From: Phycisphaerae bacterium
Lineage (GTDB): Bacteria; Planctomycetota; Phycisphaerae; UBA1845; Fen-1342
DNA length: 64,000 nt
Assembly: GCA_050115495.1 (NCBI GenBank)
Contig: JASFQK010000010.1
Span: 32,001 to 96,000, forward strand
Direction of reading: 5' to 3'
A model generated the notes under the pieces. It was not told the origin of the DNA. It did no database searches and saw only the letters and a list, made by a program, of their open reading frames with translations. A program made the position numbers and the translations under genes. Positions 47,109 through 55,453 of the stretch are shown here, piece after piece (position 1 is the stretch's first letter; every line of letters starts with the position of its first letter).

Positions 47109-47400
47109 CCGGGCGCGGCACAGCCGGCGCCCGCGGTTTCGGGTGCGGTGCCGGGTCCGACGACGTGGCGGCCCGGCGGTCGCCGGTGATATCGGCAGGA
47201 TGAAGGGGGCGGTGAAATCGTCGGAGGGGGCGGTTGCGAGGTCCACCGGGTGCTACTACGATGTCCGGTCAATACAGCAGGTTGTGCCTGCGGTTTCGCG
47301 AGCAAGGACGTGGGTTTGAGCGCGCGGTCCCAGCCGGCGACGGCCGGCACAACCGGCGGTGCCGTCGTAGCGAGTACAGGCTCCAGCAAGTAGTACGGAC

Positions 47401-47952
47401 ATGAACCCGGAGAGTGGCTGCATCGAGGTATCCGGGACGGTGGATTTGCGGCGGCTCCTTCGGGAGGTGCCGGATTTTCCAAAGCCGGGCATCGTCTTCA
47501 CGGACGTCACGCCGCTGCTGGCCGACCCGAAGGGGCTGGCGTTCGCCGTGGAGCTGATGGTTCAGCCGTTCCGCGGACAGCGTGTCGACCTCGTTTGCGG
47601 GGCGGAGTCCCGGGGGTTCATCTTCGGGACAGCGGTGGCCCGGGAGCTGTCGGCGGGCTTCGTGCCCATCCGCAAGCCGGGGAAGCTGCCGTACCGGGTC
47701 CGGCGGCACGAATACGAACTCGAATATGGCACGGACGCCCTGGAGATACACGAAGATGCGGTTCACGATGGGCAGTCGGTGCTGGTCGTGGACGATCTGC
47801 TGGCGACGGGGGGGACGCTGGGGGCGTGCTGCCAGCTAGTTAGCGGACTTAAGGCTACGGTTCTGGCCGTGGTCGTACTGGTAGAATTGGTTGCGCTGCG
47901 GGGCCGGGAGCGGTTGAGCGAATACCCGGTCCACAGCATCATTCGCTGCTAG
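47401..47952 (+). CDS. apt: Adenine phosphoribosyltransferase
   Basis: PDFPKPGIVFTD, ESRGFIFG, RKPGKLP, LEYG and VVDDLLATGGT motifs. Confidence 0.96.
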   Translation: MNPESGCIEVSGTVDLRRLLREVPDFPKPGIVFTDVTPLLADPKGLAFAVELMVQPFRGQRVDLVCGAESRGFIFGTAVARELSAGFVPIRKPGKLPYRVRRHEYELEYGTDALEIHEDAVHDGQSVLVVDDLLATGGTLGACCQLVSGLKATVLAVVVLVELVALRGRERLSEYPVHSIIRC

Positions 47953-48122
47953 GGGCTGCCGGCCCTATCCCGGCCGGCCCCAGGGACAGGTTGGGATTTG
48001 GCCCGGCCTGCACAATGGCAGTGTCCGGGGTCGTGGAGTGCCCGGTCCGAACGGCCGTTGCGGCCGAGGCGGGCAGCCAGTTGGATTGCCGGGCAGCGGA
48101 TCAGTCGGAACGAGGTGTCCAA

Positions 48123-48656
48123 ATGAGGTGCAAGCGTATTACTGTCGTGGCGACCGCGGTTGGTACGTGCGCCCTGCTGATGACCCTGGGTTGCGTCGTG
48201 GCGGCGGACACGCTGAACCCAGCTTTCTTCTCGGCGATGGGGTTCGATCCGGGGACGATCTTCCCGTCGCAGGGAACAGTGATCGTTTCCTTTACCAATC
48301 CCACGGATTACACAGTGACGTTCCACGCGTTCGAGTCGGCCGATCCGGACGACCTGTCGGCGGACTCCCGGAACTTCAGCGTCGTGGTGCCGCCGAACAG
48401 CTCCCGCAACGAAGTGCTGAGCTGCCCGGTGGGGCTGGTCTCGACCGGTGTGCTGGACGAGAGCTACGAGTGGGACGGCAGCCAGGCGGCGGAGATCGTG
48501 ACCGGTGAGGAGACGATCGACGTGGAGTACGCGTGGCCATTGCGGGAGGGGGACGCGTTTTCGTGCGGCGACGTGATCGATTTTCGGCTTGAGTCGGGTT
48601 ACGTCGGTGAGGATCTCCAGTACATCATCACCGTCCGGATCATTCCGGGGCGTTAG
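48123..48656 (+). CDS. Uncharacterised lipoprotein (LNP.F / CGD.I.F family, paralog 1)
   Basis: GAGG RBS; TLGC lipobox; TLNPAF; LSCPV; FSCGDVIDF. Confidence 0.75.
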   Translation: MRCKRITVVATAVGTCALLMTLGCVVAADTLNPAFFSAMGFDPGTIFPSQGTVIVSFTNPTDYTVTFHAFESADPDDLSADSRNFSVVVPPNSSRNEVLSCPVGLVSTGVLDESYEWDGSQAAEIVTGEETIDVEYAWPLREGDAFSCGDVIDFRLESGYVGEDLQYIITVRIIPGR

Positions 48657-48680
48657 CGGTGCCAAAGGGAGCGATGATCG

Positions 48681-49229
48681 ATGATGCATAGGCACATGCG
48701 GCTGATGGTGGTGGCCATGGTGCTGAGCGTCGGCCTGTCCATGGGCGGCTGTTTCTCGCCGGCGAGCTACCTCAATCCGGACTTTCTGTCGGCCCTGGGG
48801 GCGGGGTCGCAGGTGGCGAGCATTCCCGGTGACGCCCCGGCGCTGCTGGTCTCGCTGGAGAACCGCACGGACCGCATGGTGCGGGCGATGCTCTCCTACC
48901 GGCTGCCGGACGTCGGCGTGGAAACGGTGACGTACACGATCGCGGCCGGCGAATCGACGGCGCAGGCGCTGATCTGCCCGGTCGAGGAGATCACGCTGGG
49001 TGACGTCTCCGACGCCAACGTGATCGGCGCGGAAATCGTGCTGGACACGGGCGTGGGTTACGAGGCCCTGGCTCCGGTGATCGAGGTGGAGCCGTTCGGC
49101 GTGGTGATGAAGGACGGGGTCAACTACGACTGCGGCGACGCGATCCAGTTCACGGTGCAGGCTTCGGGCGTGACCCGTTCGGGCTACCAGATCTTCGCCT
49201 ACATCCAACGGACGGGGGACAATCCATGA
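48681..49229 (+). CDS. Uncharacterised lipoprotein (paralog 2)
   Basis: MGGC lipobox; YLNPDF; LICPV; YDCGDAIQF. Confidence 0.75.
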   Translation: MMHRHMRLMVVAMVLSVGLSMGGCFSPASYLNPDFLSALGAGSQVASIPGDAPALLVSLENRTDRMVRAMLSYRLPDVGVETVTYTIAAGESTAQALICPVEEITLGDVSDANVIGAEIVLDTGVGYEALAPVIEVEPFGVVMKDGVNYDCGDAIQFTVQASGVTRSGYQIFAYIQRTGDNP

Positions 49230-52081
49230 TGGCAGAAGGCCGCCGAGGCTTCCGGGAGCATGCGATGAGAGCAGTGCAAGGGTTCGTGGCGGCGCTGGCC
49301 GTGATGGCGCTGGGCGGCTGCCCCATGCAGCAGGCCGTGGAGTACATCGCGGGGCAGACCGGCGACCGGGCCATCGTGTCGGACACCGCTTCGGTGAGCG
49401 TCTTCTCGCCGCAGAGCGACCTGGCCATCACCGGGGGCACGCCGGTTGAGGTGAACTGGCGTGCGGTGGGCACGACGGCGTTTGCCGTGGTCGACGTCCT
49501 CATCGACGTGGACGAGGAGCCCGACAACGGCAACGAGATCGTCGCGTTCAGCAACCTGGACCTTAGTGCGACGACGGAGACGCTGGACACGACGCAACTG
49601 ACGGCGGGGACGTACTACGTCGGCGTGCGGCTGGAGGAGTTGGGCGAGGTCGTGACGGCAGGTTACGCCGCCGGCCGCCTGATCATCAACCAGCGTCCCG
49701 ACTTGTACTTCACGTCGCCGCGTGACAACTTCCGGTTTGACCGCACGCCTCGCGTCAACCCGAGCTTCGACGTCTCCTGGGTGGTCAACGATCCGGACAG
49801 CACGGTTTCGGTGCGGGTCTATCTGGATCCGGACGCGACGCCGAACGGCAACGAATTGCTGCTGCGCACGAGCGACGCGCAGGATACGGACAGCTTCACC
49901 TTCGACCTGCCCACGATGAGCTTCGAGGCCGGGACGTACTACGTGCTGGCGCTCGTGTCCGACGGTGTAGACACTTTCGCCTTCTACGCCCCGTGTACCA
50001 TCCTGCTCCGCTCGCGGCTCGCCGGTCCGATCGACCTGCGCGACATGTACTTGGTCGAGAGCGGCGTCCGCGGGGCCATTTTCGAGGGTTTCAACCCGCG
50101 AGACAACGTTGGCAGTTTCGTCGCTACGCTCCAAGACATCGACAACGACGGCTTTGACGACTTCATCATCGTCGGGCAGTTCGGCAAGCCCAACTACGAA
50201 TCCAACCAGCAGCGTCTTGGCGTCGGCGAGGCCTACCTCATCTACGGTCGTGCCGACGCCTTCACCGGTTTGATCAACCTCAACTCGGCCGGGACTCTCT
50301 TCCGCGCTGAAATTTACACGGGCGTGCCTGAGGTCACCGATCCCATCCGTCCCAGCCGCGGCATCACCAGCTTCACGACGCTCACCGACTGGGATCGCGA
50401 CGGCGTGCGGGAGTTCGCCTTCGGCCTGCCGTTCACTGATTCTCAGGGGCTGGGTACTAGCGGGTTACTGGATCCATCGGGCTATTTCCGCTCCGGCGGC
50501 GTGGTCGTGGTGGCTGGCTCGTCGCTACGGCCGGATCTCGGTTTCCCCGGGCGCAACGTGTTCACCCTCGCCGAATTCGGCACGCGGCCGCACCAGCCGC
50601 AGACGACGACCGAATGCCCGCAGGGCTTCGGCGGGCCGAAGTACTCGACCTTCGCCGGTGCTGGCCCGGGCGGCTCCACGTTGTTCCACCGGCAGTTGTT
50701 CAATCCGGCCGACCCGCTCGTCGGTGGTCTCGTTCTCGGTTGCCGTTTCTCGACGCACGAGTTCGACGATCAGTACGGCGAGTCGATCTCCAACTATGAC
50801 TTCAATGGGCTGGTCATGAGTGCCCCGAACCGTGACGCCTCCGTGTCTGTTTCCGGCATTGACGAGGTTCCCGGCGCTGGGGTGGTTACGGTCTACATGC
50901 CGGCGGTCTTCGCGCCCTTCTTCCCGTGGTCGATTGCCAACTCCACGCCAGCCAACACCAACCTCGGCTATGAGGGCGCCCCCACGGAGCCCGAGGAGAT
51001 GGACCACCTGCCCCAGGGTGGGCCGTATCACTATGTGCTGGACGATATCGGTTTCATTGCCGCTCCCGGGCTTGGCTCCATCATGGCCACGCCTGGCTAC
51101 ACGGTCAGCGATGCCACGGCGCCGCCGGACTGCAACGCCGTCTCACACGGCGGCGTGGGGCTGGGCACGACACTAACGCTTTGGACGGATGAGCCCGGTG
51201 CCCGACTGAGCAACGCAGCGGGCATTGGCGACGTGAACTCCGATGGTTTGCAGGATTTGCTGATCGGGGCCCCGTTCATCGGCGATGGCGCCGGCGCGTG
51301 CTTCATCGTGCTGGGGCGCGTGCGGGGCCTGGTCCGCGGTGCGGAGCTTCAGGTTGAGGAGCTTGCTCTCCCGATGAACAGCTCCGACCCGGCTGAGGAG
51401 CGGATCTTTGACGGCATCCGCATCGTCGGCAGTGCCGGCGAGCGCCTGGGGCAGGCCCAGGATGATGCCGGTGATTTCAATAACGACGGCTTCGGCGATG
51501 TTGTTATCGGTTCTTCGTTGCTCAACAATCGGCAGGGTGGGGCCGCCGTGTTCTTCGGCTCCCGTGAGATCATCAACCTGACGCAGACAGACATCCCCTT
51601 CAGCGAGATTCCGGCTCGGGGGCTCGGCGTGGTCTTCGTCGGCGAAGAGGAGGGTGACTTGGCTGGAGCACGCGTGTGTTCGGCCGGCGATGTGGATGGG
51701 GATGGGAATGATGACATTCTCATTGCGGCGCCCAACCGGTCTATCCAGATGGATGTTGACCTGGACGGTGAACTGGAGATCGACCGCACCGAGTGCGGCG
51801 TTGTGTACCTGATCTACGGCTCGCCGGATCTCAGCGGTACGATCAGCCTGTCCCTCGTGGGCACGGAACGGCTGCCTGGCGCGGTCTTCATCGGCCGCAA
51901 CAGCCAGGACCAGCTCGGGGCTGGTCTCGGCGAACAGGGGGACCGCAGCAACGGCATGGCTCGTGCTGGGGACGTCGATGGCGACGGCTTCCAGGACCTC
52001 CTGCTCGGTGCCGTGCGGGCGTCGCCCCGCGACCGGGCCCAGGCCGGCGAGGCGTACTTGATCTACGGTACGGGCAACTGA
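49226..52081 (+). CDS. FG-GAP/integrin-alpha beta-propeller lipoprotein with N-terminal Ig-like domains (start 49226 or 49265)
   Basis: LGGC lipobox; repeats DIDNDGFDDF, GDVNSDGLQDLLIGAP, GDFNNDGFGD, GDVDGDGNDDILIAAP, GDVDGDGFQDLLLGA and GEAYLIYG. Confidence 0.9.
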   Translation: MMAEGRRGFREHAMRAVQGFVAALAVMALGGCPMQQAVEYIAGQTGDRAIVSDTASVSVFSPQSDLAITGGTPVEVNWRAVGTTAFAVVDVLIDVDEEPDNGNEIVAFSNLDLSATTETLDTTQLTAGTYYVGVRLEELGEVVTAGYAAGRLIINQRPDLYFTSPRDNFRFDRTPRVNPSFDVSWVVNDPDSTVSVRVYLDPDATPNGNELLLRTSDAQDTDSFTFDLPTMSFEAGTYYVLALVSDGVDTFAFYAPCTILLRSRLAGPIDLRDMYLVESGVRGAIFEGFNPRDNVGSFVATLQDIDNDGFDDFIIVGQFGKPNYESNQQRLGVGEAYLIYGRADAFTGLINLNSAGTLFRAEIYTGVPEVTDPIRPSRGITSFTTLTDWDRDGVREFAFGLPFTDSQGLGTSGLLDPSGYFRSGGVVVVAGSSLRPDLGFPGRNVFTLAEFGTRPHQPQTTTECPQGFGGPKYSTFAGAGPGGSTLFHRQLFNPADPLVGGLVLGCRFSTHEFDDQYGESISNYDFNGLVMSAPNRDASVSVSGIDEVPGAGVVTVYMPAVFAPFFPWSIANSTPANTNLGYEGAPTEPEEMDHLPQGGPYHYVLDDIGFIAAPGLGSIMATPGYTVSDATAPPDCNAVSHGGVGLGTTLTLWTDEPGARLSNAAGIGDVNSDGLQDLLIGAPFIGDGAGACFIVLGRVRGLVRGAELQVEELALPMNSSDPAEERIFDGIRIVGSAGERLGQAQDDAGDFNNDGFGDVVIGSSLLNNRQGGAAVFFGSREIINLTQTDIPFSEIPARGLGVVFVGEEEGDLAGARVCSAGDVDGDGNDDILIAAPNRSIQMDVDLDGELEIDRTECGVVYLIYGSPDLSGTISLSLVGTERLPGAVFIGRNSQDQLGAGLGEQGDRSNGMARAGDVDGDGFQDLLLGAVRASPRDRAQAGEAYLIYGTGN

Positions 52082-52102
52082 CAACCCCGCGGATCTGAGG
52101 GA

Positions 52103-52936
52103 ATGACGACGATGAAGCGGATGCAGATTCTCATGTGTCTGTCCTGGTTCGTTGGGCTCGCCGGCTGCACCGGTACTTCGCTCGAGCTCAACCCGTTCCT
52201 GACGCTCACGGAGGAGTTCGGCTACGGCTCGACGGACAGCGCGACAGATAACCAGGGCGGCCAGGGAATCCAGTTGGAAGGCGGGTTCCGCCGCGAGGCG
52301 ACCCTCACGTTCCAGAATAACCACGCCACCGCCGACTTGAATGTCTCCTTCGTCGCCTGGGTGAACGTGGGCAGCATTCGCACGGCCGCGCAGCAGGACG
52401 CACTGCTGACCGGCGGATACGTGCAACTGGGGCACGAAGTCCGCCTGGGCAACGCCTTTACGTTGCCCGTGGGCACGTTCGTCTACAACGGTCCGGGGAC
52501 GGCCGGAGCGACGGCCGTGACGCTATCCTCTCCCGGGACGGACGCCGAAGAGCCCACGAGCCAGGCGTTCACCCTGATCACCCCCGACGTGATCCTGGCC
52601 TTCGTCGAGCCGCCTGTTTCGTGCGAGAGCGTGGCCTTTACTTACACGCGAAACGATGAGCCACTGGAGACGATCCCGGTCGGTGGCCCGCTGGGGCCCC
52701 TGGAGGGGTCGACATCCGGGGGGCCGTACAAGACGCTCGCGCAGGTTGACGTGTACCAATGCGATCCGTTCGAGCCCGGGCTTTTCATTCGCCTGGGCGG
52801 CGGAATGCGCGAGGCAAACGAGTTCGTCGAGGGCGATGAGATTACGTTCGACTTCAACGAGAACCCGGACGCGAACGGAAACTTCGCCAATGTGACGATT
52901 CTTAGTAATACGGATACCAGTGGGACTACGCCGTAA
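52103..52936 (+). CDS. Uncharacterised lipoprotein (distant paralog 3)
   Basis: LAGC lipobox; ELNPFL; LTFQN; FVEGDEITF. Confidence 0.7.
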   Translation: MTTMKRMQILMCLSWFVGLAGCTGTSLELNPFLTLTEEFGYGSTDSATDNQGGQGIQLEGGFRREATLTFQNNHATADLNVSFVAWVNVGSIRTAAQQDALLTGGYVQLGHEVRLGNAFTLPVGTFVYNGPGTAGATAVTLSSPGTDAEEPTSQAFTLITPDVILAFVEPPVSCESVAFTYTRNDEPLETIPVGGPLGPLEGSTSGGPYKTLAQVDVYQCDPFEPGLFIRLGGGMREANEFVEGDEITFDFNENPDANGNFANVTILSNTDTSGTTP

Positions 52937-52997
52937 CGGCTGGGCGGTCGCTTGGGCGATGCGTAGAATGAATCGGAGCGACAGTGAGGGTTCGACC

Positions 52998-54392
52998 ATG
53001 AAGACCAGTCTGATAACGATCGCCTTGCTTGTGGCACTGGTGTGTGTGCCGACGGTGCTGGCGCAGTCGGGCACGCTGCCCCCGCAGATCGAGGCCCGGC
53101 GCTTCTATATCAACGGCGCATTACTGGACGTCTCTGAGACGCCCGGATTGCCTGTGCAGCTCGACGTCGAGGAACTGGACCGGGTCCGACTCGAGATAGA
53201 CGTGCGGATCATCCAGGAAGGCGACAGCGAGGAGGAGGAGACGGAGGAGATCGAGCTGTTTTACGAGAAGTTGAGCCAGTGGATCCCCTCCTATCCGTAT
53301 CTCTCACCGGAAGGCCCCCCCATCGGGGCGGACACGCAGGAATGGGAGTTTCTGCCGCTGGTACTGACCCGCCTGGACGCCTACTTCTACCGCGTCGCCA
53401 TCACCTTCGACATCCCGGAGATCAATGGCGTGAGCCAGGCCAAGTTGCGTGGCCTGGTCGATTACGACGTGTATTATCAGGTGCGCGTGCGCATCTGGGA
53501 TTCGGACGGTCCGAGCGAAGACGACCCGGTTCCGGGTTTCAGTTTCTTCATGGCCGTGGTTGAGGATCCGTCGCTGCGTCCGCCAAATCCGCCGCCCTTT
53601 GCCGATGCCGGGGCCGACGTGACGGTAGCTGCGGGCGCGACGATCTCGCTGGATGGCAGCCGGACATTCGATAGCTTTAACCTCGGATTTTACCCGCTGG
53701 ATCCGAACGTCTTCGAGCGTGACAATCTCGAGTACGTCTGGGAGCAGGTCACCGGAACGCCCGTGACCATCACGTATCCTGATCTGGTTGCCACGCCCTG
53801 GCTGGCGGAGGCGACGCTACAGGTTATCGGACAATATACGTTCCGCCTCGGTGTCACGGATGGCTACACGACCATGCCCGATCTCGACACGATGGTCGTC
53901 AACGTCGTCAGCTCCGTGCCCGTGAACCGTCCGCCGCACGCCGTCATCAACGGTCCCACGGAGACCGTCTCCGTCGGGGACGTCATCGAACTGGACGGCG
54001 GCGACTCCAGCGATCCCGACGGCGACACGCTCAGCTACCGCTGGCGCCAGACCGACGAAGTCGGTGGCGAGTTGCCCGCTTCCGAGTTCGGCGATCTCTT
54101 CCAACCGCTCGGTGGTGTCGAGGCGGAGATCACCACGTGGCAGGCGCAGCGGGCCGGCACGTACTACTTCATGCTCATCGTGGACGACGGCGAGCTGATC
54201 GATTCGGCCACGACGTCCGTCGAGGTGGTTAGCGTTGGCGGGCTCCAGGTCACCAGCGAGCAGGAGTCCGGCGAGGACAGCCAGCAGTCGCTGAACCTCA
54301 TCGTGCCCGGCACGGCCGGTTGCGGTGGCAGCCTGTTGCCGCTGGCCATGTTGCCGGCGTGCCTGTGGCTGATGCGCGGCCGTCGCCGCTAA
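52998..54392 (+). CDS. Exported PKD/K319L-like domain protein with C-terminal sorting-like tail
   Basis: Signal peptide; PPFADAGAD..LDGSRT.D and NRPPHA..LDGGDSSDPDGDTLSYRWRQ; ends AGCGGSLLPLAMLPACLWLMRGRRR. Confidence 0.85.
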   Translation: MKTSLITIALLVALVCVPTVLAQSGTLPPQIEARRFYINGALLDVSETPGLPVQLDVEELDRVRLEIDVRIIQEGDSEEEETEEIELFYEKLSQWIPSYPYLSPEGPPIGADTQEWEFLPLVLTRLDAYFYRVAITFDIPEINGVSQAKLRGLVDYDVYYQVRVRIWDSDGPSEDDPVPGFSFFMAVVEDPSLRPPNPPPFADAGADVTVAAGATISLDGSRTFDSFNLGFYPLDPNVFERDNLEYVWEQVTGTPVTITYPDLVATPWLAEATLQVIGQYTFRLGVTDGYTTMPDLDTMVVNVVSSVPVNRPPHAVINGPTETVSVGDVIELDGGDSSDPDGDTLSYRWRQTDEVGGELPASEFGDLFQPLGGVEAEITTWQAQRAGTYYFMLIVDDGELIDSATTSVEVVSVGGLQVTSEQESGEDSQQSLNLIVPGTAGCGGSLLPLAMLPACLWLMRGRRR

Positions 54393-54454
54393 GCTGCTTC
54401 GCGAAGGTTGATTTCACAGGCGGGCGTCGAGCGAACTACTCGGCGCCCGCTTTC

Positions 54455-55453
54455 TTATGCGCGCTCGCGCCGGCCGCCTCGGCGGCGGCGTGGGTCGCCC
54501 GGCCGCGGCGGCTGGTGCTTCCACCGGCGGTGGGCCCAGAGGTATTGCTCGGGAGCGCGGCGGATCGCCGCTTCGAGGGCGTGCGAGAACGTCTGTGTGA
54601 CCCAGTGGAGCGGGTCGGCCTCGTCCTGCCACTCGGCGGGCTGGATGATGCGCTCGACCTGGACGCGATAGCGGAAGCCGGTGCCGCGGCGGGTCGCGGC
54701 CCCGATGATCACCGGCACGTCGTGCCGCATGGCAAGCAGCCCGATAGCCTTATACGTCGAGGCGGGTCGGCCAAAGAACTCGACGAACTGGCCTTTGCGG
54801 CCGGCGTCCTGGTCGGCGATGAAGCAGAGTGTGCCGCCGCGGTCCAGGATGTCGTCGGCGAACTCGGTGGCGCCCTTCTTGTACAGCAGGGTCAGTCCGC
54901 CGGCTTTGCGCGTCGCCACCAGGTAGCGGTTGATCAGCGGGTTGTCGAGCGGCCGCATGATCGCCGACAGGGGCAGACCGAGGTGGCAGATGATGAAGCC
55001 GGTCAGCTCGTAGTTGCCGAAGTGGCCGGTGAGCATGATGACGCCGCGGTCGCTGAGCAGCTCGCGGAGGGCGGGACCGAGGTTGTCCAACTCGACGTAG
55101 CGGGCCCAGGACCACTTGGTGATCAGCCGCGGCATCATCAGCAGCTCGACCAGATAGAGCTGGGCGAAGTGCTCGAGCGACTTGCGGCCGATGTCGATGA
55201 TCCTCTCGCGAGGGTACTCGCGAAAGGCTCGCCGCAGATTCCGTAGCGCCCGTCGGCGGTGCCGCGGAAAGAGCAGCCACCACAGCTTGCCCAGCACCCG
55301 CGCCGTTGCCAGGTTCGTCTCGATCGGGAAGCAATTGATGATCAGCGTCCACAGTCGCAGGCCGACGTACCCTGCGATTCGCTTCAGGGCGACGCCTAGC
55401 GTGGGCGCTTCCGTCCACTGCAACAGCGCTCGCCGCAGACGCCCAAGATTCAT
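54455..55453 (-). CDS. Lipid A lauroyl/myristoyl acyltransferase family protein (LpxL/HtrB-like)
   Basis: GHFGNYE (HX4E), RPLDNP, ADQDAG, FFG and PEQYLWAHRRWK; ATGA overlap with the upstream gene. Confidence 0.9.
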   Translation of the reverse strand: MNLGRLRRALLQWTEAPTLGVALKRIAGYVGLRLWTLIINCFPIETNLATARVLGKLWWLLFPRHRRRALRNLRRAFREYPRERIIDIGRKSLEHFAQLYLVELLMMPRLITKWSWARYVELDNLGPALRELLSDRGVIMLTGHFGNYELTGFIICHLGLPLSAIMRPLDNPLINRYLVATRKAGGLTLLYKKGATEFADDILDRGGTLCFIADQDAGRKGQFVEFFGRPASTYKAIGLLAMRHDVPVIIGAATRRGTGFRYRVQVERIIQPAEWQDEADPLHWVTQTFSHALEAAIRRAPEQYLWAHRRWKHQPPRPGDPRRRRGGRRERA

